From NCBI GenBank assembly GCA_951406725.2, contig OX597820.1:49476001-49540000 (forward strand): a stretch of DNA of 64,000 nucleotides. The letters run 5' to 3'. This document shows positions 40,044 to 54,161 of the stretch, in pieces. The notes under the pieces were generated by a model. That model ran no database searches, was not told the DNA's origin, and saw only the letters and a list, made by a program, of their open reading frames with translations. Made by a program: the position numbers and the translations under genes. The first letter of the stretch is position 1. Every line of letters starts with the position of its first letter. Origin of the DNA: Octopus vulgaris. Its lineage: Eukaryota.

Positions 40044-40449
40044 AATTTTTGAATGGGCGCAAGCATAGCTATGTGAACCTCGCTTTGCGGTCACTTTGGT
40101 TTCAGGTTCCGTCCCCATTAATCGACTAATGCCTTGAGGTCGAATTTGATAGACGGACACCGTATTGCAGCCAGTGGTTTCTTTATATACACATGCACAC
40201 ACACACATACACACACGCATGCATATATACATACATATAGATACACACACACACACACGCACGTGTGTGTGTATATATTGGCCTGCTCGCTTAGCCAGCC
40301 GAGTGGCGTCACTCGAAGGCTAAAACAGTGCAAAGTGCATTGTGACCAGTGATGTGTAGCAACATCTGGTAGCCTGGTCGGTCACGGTGATCACGGTGAT
40401 ATATATATATATATATGGATATTGTTGTTTACAATAACATCAAGTGGCA

Positions 40450-40587
40450 AATTCCGTAGAAGTCGACTTTGCCTTTCATCCTTTCGTGGTCGATAAATTA
40501 AGTACACCTTGCGTACTGGGTCGAGCTAATCGACTAGCCCCTTCCTCCAAAATTTCGGACCTTGTGCCTAGAGTAGAAAAGAATACT
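40450..40587 (+). mobile_element. 5'-truncated SINE family A (tail B)
   Basis: TSD atcaagtggca at 40439-40449 and 40588-40598. Confidence 0.8.
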
Positions 40588-40656
40588 ATCAAGTGGCATA
40601 ACATGCGTAAAAAATACTATGAGGTAAAAGAAATTAATTGATAATCATGGGCACTA

Positions 40657-41061
40657 AATCGGCGAGCTGGCAGAAATGTTAGCGCGCCAGACGAAATGCT
40701 TAGCGGTATTTCGTCTGCCGCTACGTTCTGAGTTCAAATTCCGCCGAGGTCGACTTTGCCTTTCATCCTTTCGGGGACGATAAATTAAGTACCAGTTACG
40801 CACTGGGGTCGATGTAATCGAGTTATTCCGTTTGTCTGTCCTTGCTTATCCCCTCTATGTTTAGTCCCTTATGGGTAGTAAAGAAATAGGTATTTCGTCT
40901 GTCTTTACGTTCTGAGTTCAATTTCCGCCGAGATCGACTTTACCTTTCATCCGTTCGAAGTCGATAAATTAAGTAACAGTTGCGTACAATCGCTCTAATC
41001 GACTGATCGCCTCCCCCAAATTTGGGGCCTTTCGCCTAGAGTAGCAAAAAAAAAATCAATA
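40657..41061 (+). mobile_element. Dimeric SINE family A
   Basis: Same two-unit layout as 34966. Flanking repeat ataatYaYgggcacta at 40641-40656 and 41062-41077. Confidence 0.85.
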
Positions 41062-41229
41062 ATAATTACGGGCACTACAGGTAGCACCGACATGTTAAAG
41101 ATAGCAGTCAGAAAACAACTACAACCACATGGGTGTAGTTGGCTTCTGACTGTTATTTTTAGCATGCCGGTGATACCTGTAGCACGCTTAATTATTAACA
41201 CACACACACGTGTATATATGAATGTGTTA

Positions 41230-41495
41230 TTTTATTCTTTTACAGGTTTCAATCATTTGACTGCGGTCATGCTGGATCACCACCTTTAAGGGGTTTTTAG
41301 TCGAAGAAATCGACCCCAGTACTTATTCTTTGTAAGCCTAGTACTTATTCTATCGGTCGGTCACTTTGGTCGAACCGCTATATCACGGGGACATAAACAT
41401 ATCACATCGGTTATCAAAAACAGACTGAAAGACACAACACACACACGCACACACACAAACACGCACACACACACACAGACACGCATACATACACA

Positions 41496-41532
<37 letters not shown>

Positions 41533-41645
41533 TACCAAATCTACTCACAAGGCTTTGGTCGGCCCAAAGCTATCGTAGAAGGCACTTGCCAAAGGTTCCA
41601 CGCAATGGGTCTGAACCCGGAACCATGTTGTTCGGAAGCAAGCTA
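41230..41645 (-). mobile_element. SINE family B
   Basis: Reverse-complement match with an expanded internal (CA)n. Confidence 0.8.
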
Positions 41646-41679
41646 TATAAACAGGTAGGTAAAACCATACATACATACA

Positions 41680-41731
<52 letters not shown>

Positions 41732-43561
41732 TACACGTATATTTGCACATGTTTCTTAGTATGTGTAAACTTGTGTTTGTGTGCGTGAGTCTTTTTCGCT
41801 GTGTTGTCCACCCACCTCCCACCGTTTTCGACCACCGGTATCGATTTGTTTATGTCGCCATAACATAGCGGTTCGGTAAACGAGACCGGATATATATAAG
41901 TACTGGGGATCTATTTGTCTCGCTAAGCTCTTCAAAGTTATGCCTCCAGCTGAACGCAATCCTATGACTGAAGCAAGAAAACGAAAAACAAAAATAAATC
42001 TTAGAAAACTCGTTCAGACCTGAAGCGTGCGTGTTTAATTTTCAAATATCATATTGGACGAATTATTAAGTTCAAAACGTTAGGACACTCGGTGACAAAA
42101 AGTGTTATGTGTGTTTATTGTCATATGTTAGTCACAACACGACTGGTTAAATATAACAAGACACGTATTGAGACAAACTTTAAGCAGTTTATTACGATAA
42201 CAACTTATAATACTTATTTCTTTACTACCTACAAGGGGCTAAACACAGAGAGGACAAACAAGGACAGACAAAGGTATTAAGTCGATTATATCGACCCCAA
42301 TGCGTAACTGGTACTTAATTTGAGAGGTATAGACAGAAAGACAGATATACATTGAGGGGTTTAAATTTAGAAAAGAAAGAGAAGAGCGTATACTACAGCA
42401 GTTGAAAAAGTAGTGACTGGTGATGGTGGTGGTAGTAGTTATGGTGATGGTGGTGGTGGTGCAAAAAAAGAAAAAGAAGCTAAAATAGGAAGACAGAAAA
42501 AAGAAGGGAAGATACAGGAGTAGAGAAGTAGATTATTTTAGTCTCTCTCTCTCTTTCTTTCTCTCTATGTATATATATCTATATCGGTATGTATGTATAC
42601 CAGACAGGTGTGCGCATGTGTAATCTAAATTACAAGACAAGGCTGCATCCATTGAGACATTTAGGCACACACAAACGCGCGCGCACTCACGCACATACAC
42701 ACACGCACATATATTCACATATTAGATATACACTAATACACTGTGTGTGTGTGTGTTCATATTTATAGCGAGAAAGGGTGAGAAAGTGAGAGTGAGAGAC
42801 AGACAGACAGACAGAGATACACACATACTCACACACACATACACACGTACTCGCGTTTACGTACACAATACCTTCATACACACACATAGCAGCTGTCTTA
42901 ACAATACGGGGGTGATCGTGGATGGAGTACCTCGAGTTTAGCAAAGAACGAAACAACAATATACCCAGACATGCATGAAATACATGCATAAGCATACCAA
43001 AATACACCTACACTTTTAAATATACATTTATAGTTCTACATCTAGAGGCACACACAGACATACACATGACATACACACGACCACGAGAGTAAAGAATTCA
43101 TTCACAGATCTGCAAAGCAGAAATATAGCAGACGTTCAGTGACAGATACACAGACACAAACATATATACGAAGGTAGATAGATTTGAAAAACGCACATAC
43201 AAATGAAAGTGTGTGTGTATGGGTGATTGTTTTTAAAGAACGAAGAGTTGTGCATAGATACTGCAAAGTCATGTCCATGAGGTTCAGAAGCTCGATTTTC
43301 AACCACGTGGCTTCGCGTTCAAGTCCCCACTTCGCGGAATGCCTACAAAGTGATTGAATTTGGTGGACGGAAACAGTGGAAGCCGCCGTATTTGTGTGTG
43401 TGCGTGCTTGTGTGTGTGTGTGTGTTTGCCTCCTTCACTGCTTGACAAACGGTGCTGGTATGCTAAACTCACCATAACTTAGCAGTTCGTTTAAAACAAC
43501 CGATAGAATAAAGCACCAAACTTAAAATAAGAAATACTGGGGTCGATTTCTTCTACTAAAC

Positions 43562-43710
43562 CGGAGGAGGCGAGTGCAGTCCACCCCGAGCGACACTTTT
43601 AACGGAGTAGAACTTTTGGGTCGCTGTAAGCAATATGTGTTTTTTGCGGGGTCCGGGGGCGGCAAACGGAAGGGCCGCCCCGAGTGACACACGTTATAGC
43701 TACGCTAGTG
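43562..43710. mobile_element. GC-rich hAT-type MITE fragment nested in a SINE B copy (~43290-43775)
   Basis: Ends in agctacgctagtg (rc cactagcgtagct, hAT-like TIR). 8-bp TSD tactaaac/tgctaaac. The left TIR is missing. Confidence 0.6.
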
Positions 43711-43789
43711 TGCTAAACCCTAAAATGCCGTGCCCCCGCAGGGCCACAATTCACTGACCGAAACAAGTAAAAGATATGTGCATCTACAT

Positions 43790-44110
43790 ACTTTTTGTTT
43801 CAGTCCATAGAGTGCGCCCATGCTGGGGCACGGCCTTGAAGAATTTTAGTCGAACGAAACGCCCCCACTACATTTTTAAAGCCTGGTCCTTATTCTATCG
43901 GCCTCTTTTGCCGAGCCGCTATGTCACAGGGACGTGGTGTTGGTGGACAAAGACAGACACAACAGATATATACACATACTACGAGCTTCTTTCAGTTTCA
44001 GCCTGCCAAATCCGCTCAGAAAGATTTGGTAGCCTCGGGGCTTTAGTGGAGGACACTCGTCCAAGGAACCCAGTGGTTGGGACGCAAAGTTCTTACCACA
44101 GAGCCACGTT
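43790..44110 (-). mobile_element. Diverged SINE family B
   Basis: Reverse-complement match, tail-to-tail with the preceding copy. Confidence 0.7.
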
Positions 44111-44118
44111 CGCGCTCA

Positions 44119-44178
<60 letters not shown>

Positions 44179-44611
44179 CAGCACGAACCCTATATAAACA
44201 GGTAAAAGAAGTGTTTTCTATGTGGACAAAAAACAGCGAACGATGAACGAAAATAGAGCTCATTTACAAATACATTTAAAATAAGTGACATATCAAACGA
44301 AACTTCGAAGATTGCATCAATAATATTATTTTTATGCACACACACACACATACACACACACACATACACACACATACACACATACACACGCATATATATA
44401 TATAAAACGATAGAGAGAAAGAGAGAGAGGAAAGACGAAATAATATGAACGAGCAAGTAAACACATACGTACTTATTTTTTCTTATCTACGTATCAATCA
44501 TATACATATGCATATATACATACATACATTCATATATACATATATACATAAACACACACACATACACACACACACACACACTTATATATGTATATACACA
44601 TGCATATATAT

Positions 44612-44648
<37 letters not shown>

Positions 44649-44736
44649 GACATGCACCCATACACGCAAATACACACTTGCATGGATACATACGTACGTA
44701 CACACATACATTCTTATGTACCATTCATGTGCGTGT

Positions 44737-44791
<55 letters not shown>

Positions 44792-45753
44792 TGTGTGTAT
44801 GTGTGCGTGTGCGTGTGCCCATGTCTTGTATAGTCTTGCGTCGTTTTATGATGTCCAGTAACTTATCGGTTCGACAACCTGACTGAATGAAATAACCTAC
44901 TGGGTCGATATGATCGACTAAATATATACTGTTCGTGGCGGTGCTCTTTGGCCACAGTCCAACATCTGAAAACAGTAAAAATAGGGGCAAAAGAACACAC
45001 ACACACACACACACAGAGTTAGATACGGATACGCGTGTGTGTGTGTATGAATGTGTGTGTGTGTATGTAAAGTGTATTTATTGTTTGTACATGGGTTCCT
45101 GTCTTCAGAAATGTGTGTTTCTATATCTATGACTTTGGTACAGGCTGTGTTTGTACGTAAGCGGTTCTGTGCGTAAGCGACTGTGTATGTTATGTAGGTA
45201 GCTGTTTATGTATTGTGAGTGGTCGCGTACGTAAAATGCTGTGTATGTAGTATTTATTTCCAACGGGTCAGACTACTGCGAGAGAAGCCGATGTTTTCTA
45301 TAAGTAAATTTAAGTGTTTATCCATGTGAGAGTGTGTGATTTTTTTGTATTAATACGTTTATGCGTAAGGTTATGTGTTCTTTAGTATATTAGTGATTTT
45401 GCATGTTAGATTGTGTGTGTGTATTAGGTGTAACTCTCTCTCTCTCTCTCACACACACACATACGTAGAGAAATACGTTCAGTAACACAAATTCAGGCAT
45501 ATCTGTATATACAGAAACACGTACACTGCATACGTACTCACAAAACTATACTGACCTATAGCCACGAATGCTTACACACACAAAACCCGGTGTGCGCATA
45601 TAAGAAGTACATACGCACGCACTCACAAATAGAAGTACATACGCTCATCTATAAAAAATCCAGGCACACACTTACACATACATACGTACGTACATATATT
45701 ATATTATATACAGACAGACACACATACACGGAGCCGTGCGTGCTTGTATGTGC

Positions 45754-45813
<60 letters not shown>

Positions 45814-46436
45814 CCGTATATATGCATGCACGTGTATTGTTATGTTTCTGTATGTATTTATGTGTGTCTATAACAGCCTGATGATGATACTACACCAGAG
45901 TCTAGTAGTGAGAATTTGTTACAAACAGAATGTAGAATGATATTGGCTAAGTACAACTAACGTTATCGGCGACACATACATACATACAAATATGTGTGCG
46001 CGTGCAATTCGCGTATGCGTGTGAAGGGGGCAGGTGCGTGGCCTAATGGTTAAGGCTGTGGTTGCTCTTTATGGGCCGGGTGACGTGTTACGGGGTTTCG
46101 AAATCAATCATCACCAAATTATTTAGATATGAAATTTTTGGATAGTTAGAGTAAACTTCTTTTTTTTTTTTTTTTTTTGCTTTTCATTCTTTCACATATT
46201 TAAAATTGTGATCATACTGGGGCATTACATCGAAAGGAGTTAGTTGATCAAATCGACCACAGTACTTATTTCGTGTCTGGTTACTCATCTATCGGATACT
46301 TTCTGCCGAACTGCTAAGTTACGTGGATACAAAACAAAAGCAGTAAGTGCTAAAACCTAAGAATTACACACACACACTCACTCACGAGCTCTCTCTCTCT
46401 CTCTCTCAACTTCCTCCCCCTCTCTCTTTGTGTATG

Positions 46437-46495
<59 letters not shown>

Positions 46496-46517
46496 GCACA
46501 GATAAACAGAGAGACTA

Positions 46518-46608
<91 letters not shown>
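46518..46608. repeat. (GATA)n microsatellite
   Basis: Direct inspection. Confidence 0.95.
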
Positions 46609-46609
<1 letters not shown>

Positions 46610-46944
46610 GGTGACGGTTTGGTAGATAGATTGACTGATTGTTAGACAGAGAGATAGAGAGAAAGTTTGATTGATTGATTGACTGATTGATTGAATGTTT
46701 GATTGACATGTTGGTGAATAGTCAATCGATTAGCTGATTAGCTCGCCAGGTAAAATGCCCTGCGCATTCTGAGTCTAGATATTCAACTTTATTATTTTAC
46801 TTCTCCTCGGTTAATAAAGTACCATTTTAAGTACTGTAGACGATTTTTATCTCTCTCAGTATTTCAGAATCGAGCGACCCTGCACTTTGGGACGATCTTG
46901 GGGCACTACACCAACAGTTCCTTGTTCACTAAAAATTGCTAGAG

Positions 46945-47214
46945 TAGTGGTTCTTAACCAGAGTCCATATGACCCTTGGGATTGTGGGAGAGGGAGGCAA
47001 ATAAGATTTTATAGTTAAACGTTATGTGCATTAAAGTGATAATACGTCTACAATACACAGAATACTTTAATTTTGTTTACAATTCCTAGTAATACTGAAG
47101 TATAAAAAGTATGATAGGATTTTTGCTTTAACCTCGAATATCTACGGGGTCCATTAAGATAAAATAGGAATCAACGGTGTCCGTAGGCAAAAAAAAAAAT
47201 GTTGAAAGCCACTG
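46945..47214 (-). mobile_element. hAT (Charlie-like) MITE, second copy
   Basis: Termini tagtggttcttaacc..ttgaaagccactg. Internal sequence is inversely similar to 16095-16336. Confidence 0.7.
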
Positions 47215-48895
47215 AGCTAATTGTTCAGCAACATATCTAGTATTCTACAAAATCCGCCCATGTTAACCACAGAACATGGCCAGTGTGAGCAGTCCAATGT
47301 GCATGCTTTATAACAAGGAACGGCAAGAAAAATTTACTGGGTCTAATTGCTTGAATAGCTCATCACTACCTGCCTTTTTAATTGATTTGTAGCAATAATC
47401 ATTTTGAAAACCGTGTGAACATCACATCATATTCCTGTGGAAATATATTTTAGGGCTTCTCCCCGCTCTAGCGGACTACACTCTGTTGTAATTGCTTGAG
47501 GCTGGTTTAAGAATACCTTCTTCCCTCTCTCATTTCTCGACCAGTTTCAGAGGCCCCCAAAAGAGTCATGAGCAGTACCCTCTCTTCTGTCTAATGGATT
47601 TTTCTAAATTGTTTTTGCATATATTGCACTATACATTCTGTGCTCAAACCCCACTGGGCCATCAATGGCTTTTATCTTTCAAATTTCCTTATAACAGTGA
47701 GGGGTGCATTTAATCCACTCGACTTAACTTAGAAATATTTTTCTTTTTGTACGAAGGTGTGTGACGTATTAGTTAAGGAGCTTGGCTCACAATCATGTAT
47801 TGGGTTCAATTCCCGTACCGGGCGGTGCGTTGTGTTTTTGAAGAAGGTATTTCATTTAATGTGACTCAAGTCTGCTCATCTGAGCTGGTGCGGCTCTCTC
47901 TCCCTTCAACTACTTCATCCTAAAAGAGCCGCTGAGAACGAAACTGCGAATGCTCACGACTCAGAGTTACCCGAAGCAATTAGTGAAACATTGTACATAT
48001 GAGCAAGATATACTAGTGTTTGTGTTTGTGCAGTTTCAAATCTATACATCCTAAGTTCAGTCCTCACTATGATCGACCTTTTTATATTTCAATTCATTAA
48101 GGTTTAAATTTAGCTTTTCCACTCTCTCCTTTAAAATCAAAATAAACATCACATATTTTACAATGTTCATATATGAAATAAATGTTTTGTTTGTCAGTTT
48201 ATATCAGAAAGTTTCGTTTACAAATTCAACCAGCGTCGATACTTTACATTTCATTTCTCTCGTTTTAAATAACATGAATACTTGCCATAACGATCCTGTT
48301 TTTTTTCCCGATATATGTAAGATAATTACATTATATAAAGTTGTCTTTTCAAATTTTACATCGGTAAAGTCATTTCGAAAACATTTAGCTGCTATTTTTA
48401 GAGGACCACATGGAAACTTCCTTACTGCCTACTGACATTACTACTAGAGACTAGGATCAATAAGTATCAGTAATATACTGGGGTAGATTCAATGAACAAT
48501 ACTATAGTCTCTCCCATTTTTTTTAGAAAAGCAAAACACTGAGGTTAATTACTCGCTCGGTGAATGTGCGTATGCGTGTTTGTTTATGCAGAGATTCCAA
48601 ATGCGCATGCGTATGTTTATATTTCGCCGTGCGTATAACATGCTTGTATTTGTATATTCTCGCTGTGCATGTGCGCATAGATATGCAGGTATTTTCTCAA
48701 CCCATGCACCTGTTTGTCTCCTATATACATGTGCGCATGCGTACATTCGTTTATTCAACGCGTGCATAGACGTGTATGTGTTTGTGCGTGTATGTGTGTG
48801 TGTTTCTGTACGGCTACACATGCATATATATGTGTGTGTGTCTGTGTGTGTGTGTGTGTGTACCTGTGCAGTTGTGTATGAATGTGTCTGTGTGC

Positions 48896-48929
<34 letters not shown>

Positions 48930-51026
48930 CGTTTTCGTTTCGTTTCATCTCCTCCAAGTTTTGTTATATATATATATATTTGTATGTCATTATTTATATG
49001 TAAGATTGTTGATGATTAGTCCCAGATCAACCCTGACTGTGTAAACCTGTGATCGAAGACAACTCAGTCATGACCATCCCACTTTTTTATTTACCAGCCA
49101 AAGGGAAACTGTGGCATGTATGACTTTTTGAATGACATGCCAACGAAAAATAATTTTGAAGTTGTTTTTTTTTTTAGTAGTGCGGCTCATCTGATGTCTC
49201 TTACGGCTCGCTTCTCGTAAAAGCTTGCCCATGTTTGGACTACACTGACCAGTGCCATCACCCTTCCACAGACACACACTTCATAAAATGGGAGCGTGTA
49301 ATTAGAAAGCGATTTGACAGTTATTTTCTAAAAGTCTGACGCGCACGTGTACGTATATTTGAGTGAATGTATCGATATGTACATATTTGTATATTTCTGG
49401 GGTTTTTTTTATGGTGACTACTTAGCTTCCATGGTATGTCTATCTTTGGCGTCCCAGCCGTGACATCCCATTGTTTTTAAAATCATGGATTTCACAGAAT
49501 CAGGCATGGCTCTGTGTATAAGAATTTCGCTTCGCAACCACGTGTTTTCAAACCGGCAACTTATACGAGGGTCTTCTACCCTCAGGAGCAACCAATACTT
49601 TGTGAGTGAATTTGGTACATAGAAACTGTGAAGAAGCCCATGAATTATTCATACAATCACTGACTTTATACATATAATGTATATATATTATATATACATG
49701 TGTGTATGTGTGTGTACGTATGTAAATCAAAAGGACTAAAGATCCTTCTGAGTCATACACTCATAAACCTAGATTCCGTGGCGTATGTATTTCTCCCACT
49801 CACCATCCTGCACGGGACACTAGTTCGTTGCTGGATTAATCATTTATTGTCAGCTGGGTGGAGTGGTATAACGTAAAATGAAAGGAATACATATCATCGT
49901 CCGGTCCGGAAATCGAAACCACTATGTTACGTTCTGAATGAAATACATTTACATGTGTGTGTGCATGCATGTCTGTGTGTATGTATATGCTTTGTGTTTG
50001 TTCTGATTTCTTTATTTTTTTTCTTTTCATCGCTTGACAACCGAAGCTGGTTTGTTTACGTCCCCGTAATCAGCGGTTCAGCAAATGATAATATAATAAC
50101 CTTCAAACTTGAAAGTAAGTGCTAGACTCGATCTCTTCAACTAACCCTATAACGTGGAGCACCAGCATGGCCGCAGTTTACTGAATGGAGCAAGTAAAAT
50201 GAGTACAATACTAGTGTTGAATAATACATCTTTCTCTTTTTAAGACGGTACTGTGTGAGTAGAGAGAGAGATTTGGCAGCTATTTCTAGCATTTCGTTTG
50301 ATTAATTAAAGACTCTTGATTTTAGGATAAATCATATGTTGCATGTGTATGTGGACGCCTAAGTTTGCGTTTATAAGTGTCTATGGATGCGTGTGAGTGT
50401 GCAGCGTTTCTGTGTTTCTGTATGCTAGCGTTTGATTGTGTTTGTTTCTCTCCGTTGTGAGTTCAATCTGAGAAGGGGCCAAGTATTTTGCTTTTCTTTC
50501 TTACTTTGCATCCCTCCCTCCCACGAGAGGTTTATTAAAGAGACTCTTACAAGATACGTAGAGTCGATTCATCTGAGTCCTTGCTTACTGATAACCTAGA
50601 TCCACCTAAACAATTTATTCACATGGTTGCTGGTGTTGGTTGTGGTGTTCCAGCCGTGACTATCCTGTCTTGAGAATCCAGACCCACGTTATCCAAACCG
50701 TCATTTTCTAAGATAGGGGGGAGTGATATGAAGTGGATTTGGTTGTCATTTCTAGCATATCAAATGACCACATTGAGGTTACCTACCTCGTTAGTTTGTG
50801 CCATGATTATACGTCGTGATCAACGAACGCTGAAGGTGAATAGATTAGCTGCTGCTGATGATTTCATGTAATTTGCGACCGGTAACGAGTGTAGAAAATG
50901 CCTTAACCCCTTAATCTCACAGTATTTCTCACTAAAATTTAAAACTCCCTGTTTTATCTTATGAGACAGAAATAAATACTAGCCATATTCCGAGTTCAAA
51001 TCTGAGGATGACAAATAAATAGTTAG

Positions 51027-51539
51027 CATGACTAAAGAGGTATGCCTTCCACACGCAACCAAATTTCTTTTTTCATAACTTTCTGAAAAATGGTTATTTT
51101 TAAACATAATTTTCAAGAAGTACGTTTTATGTAACATAGATTATATCAGAAATTAATGTGAAAAATAATTAGGTGTTGGAGGCGGACATCTCATCAACAG
51201 GTATGAAAAACAAACTTGGAGTTGGCGGGGTGGGGGTTAAATTAATCGACCCCGTCCTCATTTCTTTCTTCTTTCTTCTACATTAAATTCTAATCTAATC
51301 GTTTCTTATGCTCTCTGAAAGGTATTAGAAAATTTTATTTAAAAATGGATATCCTGAAAGGGTTTCAGAAAGTTAGGGAACAAATCAAGGTGTGTTAATT
51401 TCCTAAAACTCCTTTCCGTTTTCTACACCATCTAGAATGTATCTCTGGTTATCTTTCATTAAAATATATACATTTTTCAGAAAGTTATTGAGAAATTAAG
51501 TCGTATTGATAGGGGGCAGGCACGCATCTGTAGTTAAGG
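51027..51539. mobile_element. Old MITE-like element with long degenerate TIRs
   Basis: ataactttctgaaaaatg (~51076) is the reverse complement of catttttcagaaagttat (~51471). The outer ends are also inversely similar. Confidence 0.55.
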
Positions 51540-52996
51540 CTTGATAATGTTACCAATATGCCACCCTCGTAAAATACTACTATAGAGTGCAGTTTAGCGT
51601 ATATACCATTATGTGCAACAGAATCTGTAGTCTACGACAGAAGACGGTAAACTTTTTGAGTGGCGGGACGGGCTTGAGTTATGTCTTGCAGGACAAGCTA
51701 AATAAAGAAATAATGAAACCACGACCTCATAAGGCTATAGAAACATACCTCTTTCTTTTAAATTATTCTTTTAAATGTCACCTGTTGTATGTAATGAAAG
51801 AATCGTTAACCGTTTAATGAGGTAAAAATCAGTAGGAACGTTATATATCACGGCATGTAGTGAAGAGTTAACATGTTTTTACCTAGACTGAATGGGTACC
51901 TGCCAAGTTAGTTGCTTTCCTCAAAGAACAAGTAAACAATTTTTTATCACACCTTCCTTTCTTAAAATCGATTGTTCGTGTAAAGTATTAATATAGTGAC
52001 AGCGTACGAGACATTGTTAGTCGCTGTTGTGCTTTACATTTCGGAAAGGAAAAAAAAATTTACTGCGTAAAAATTCGCACCTGAGGTAGGTTTAATTTCT
52101 TACTAAATGAAACGAGCTCAATTTTTTCCTTTCTATTTTATTTTTTTACTTTAACCACGACAAAAGTGAGACTTTGCTCTTTCTGTTTTTCACCAAAAAT
52201 AGAAAAAGAAACCAAAAAAAAAAAGTTCTAGTTGGGTTATGTGGTTGAAAATCTCGCTTTACAACCCCATGGTTTCCAGTTTATCCCATTGCATGGCATC
52301 TTGGGTAAGAATATTCTACTACAGCTCAAGGCTATAAAAGCGTGAATTTAGTTGACGAAAACTGTGTGGAACCCTTGGGTGTGTGAGTGAGTATGTCTTT
52401 CTGCTTGTGCTTGCTCCCATCCCAAACCTTGATAATCGGTGTCGGTTTGTTTCCATCCCTATTGATTCGGCAAAAGAAACCGATAGAATAAGTATCTTAC
52501 TTTTAAAAAAAGTACTGAGGCCCACTAAAACTCTTTCAGGTGGTGCCACTGAAGCACGTAAAAGAAAGATCTAAAATCAGTAGTCGATGTGTAGATTGAA
52601 ATATGGTCGGGCCTTGTTGTTCTGTCAGTTGTACACTGCGAAGATTTAAATGTGTACTAAATATAACAAAATTGTAATACGATGTGTATGTCATTATTAC
52701 TATTCCGTTATTTACAACATATTCAATAACTTTAAATGAATTATTTAATGCAGTTTATATCCCCGGTGCCCCCTGTGTAATAGAGCGTTTCAACTACTGG
52801 TATTACTTTATCAAATAAAGTTACACCGGTACATGATACGTTGTATTGTAAACAGCCAGGTAAACCACACGCTTTGGTAACATCACACAACAGTAGCAAC
52901 CATTCGTTTTGCTTAGCCTCGGGCCATAACAGACTGAGCATACCTATAACGAAAGGCATGGCTACTATGTATATTTTGTATTATTTTGTATCATTC

Positions 52997-53215
52997 TAAA
53001 GCGGCAGCGCAGGCAGAACCATTAGCATATGGTCAAAATGTTTACCGGCATTTCGTCCGAATTCACGTTCAAATGCCGCCGAGGTCGACTTCGTTTTTAT
53101 TTTTTCGGTATTGATGGAAATAAGTTCTAATTGAGCACTGGGTCAAATAGTACTTATTGACCCAGTGCTCCCCCGCCGCAAAATTTCAGGCCTAGTGCTT
53201 ATTATAGAAAGGATG
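52997..53215 (+). mobile_element. Diverged SINE family A with an internal fold-back
   Basis: Family A motifs plus gagcactgggtcaa..ttgacccagtgctc at 53133-53170. Confidence 0.75.
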
Positions 53216-53582
53216 ATTTGGTATTGCTCTATTCCACTATCCCAGGCTTATCTTGGACTACTTTGCTGAACTAATATGTGTGACATTCTTAAAGGCGACG
53301 AGCTGACAGTATTTTGTCCGTCTTTACTGTCTGAGTTCAAATCCCGCTGAGGTCGACCTTACCTTTCATCTTTTCAAGATCGATGCGATAAGTACCAGAT
53401 GAGTACTTGGAATCGTCAGAGGGCTTCCGTCGGTAAAGTTTGACCATGCATCGGTATATATATGCACAAGCGTGGGTATGATTTTATTTACAAAAAACTA
53501 GTACAGTTCTATATTTAAGAGATGAGGGATTATTTACATTATTTACATTCGACGGGTATTTGTCCTCATCTTGTTTGTTGTT

Positions 53583-53628
53583 AACACAACGTTTCGGCTG
53601 ATATGCTCTCCAGCCATCATCAGGTGTC
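53583..53628 (-). ncRNA. Minimal type I hammerhead ribozyme (Penelope-type)
   Basis: GACAC-CUGAUGA-U-GGCUG-gagagcauau-CAGCC-GAAA-CG-UU-GUGUU: 5-bp stem I, intact core, 5-bp stem II and palindromic ACGU helix III. Confidence 0.8.
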
Positions 53629-53896
53629 TTGGAGAAATTTCAAACCTGGGTTCTCATTCCTAAGGTATGTTTCGAGGTTGTTGTTATTATTTTTATTATT
53701 ATTATTCAGGTCACTACCTCGAATCGAAATCGGAATTTTGGTGTTAGTATCCCGCGCTCTTAACTCCAAGATTCCGACTTCGATTCGAGGCAGTGACCTG
53801 AATGATAATAATGATAATAATAATAATAATAATAATAACAACAACCACCTCGAAAAATACCTTAGGAATGGGAACCCAGGTTCGAAATTTCCCCAA

Positions 53897-53942
53897 GGCA
53901 CCTGATGCAGGCTGGAGGGTATATCAGCCGAAACGTTGTGTT
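53897..53942 (+). ncRNA. Minimal hammerhead ribozyme, core-mutated copy
   Basis: GGCAC-CUGAUGC-A-GGCUG-gaggguauau-CAGCC-GAAA-CG-UU-GUGUU, with A9 replaced by C. Confidence 0.65.
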
Positions 53943-54161
53943 CACAACAAACAAGATGAGGACAAATATCAGTCAACTGTAAATAATGTAGAAAACTAGT
54001 TCCTTTACAAGGGATAGGCAGCCAACTTGCGACCATGCTGCTTGAACATATATCGTTGCAGGCGGTGCTGTTCTTACGCAAAGAATCGGAACAGTTACCG
54101 CAAGGCTTTTGCCCGACTCTATAAAAGTTCTGCCAATTCACCATTTAATTTTTTCTTATTA

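Larger units (their letters stand above)
53503..53991. mobile_element. Head-to-head inverted dimer of a tRNA-headed, hammerhead-tailed short element
   Basis: The minus unit (53503-53764) and plus unit (53761-53991) are reverse complements over ~230 nt and join at TAAC. 9-bp TSD aaaactagt at 53494-53502 and 53992-54000. Confidence 0.9.
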
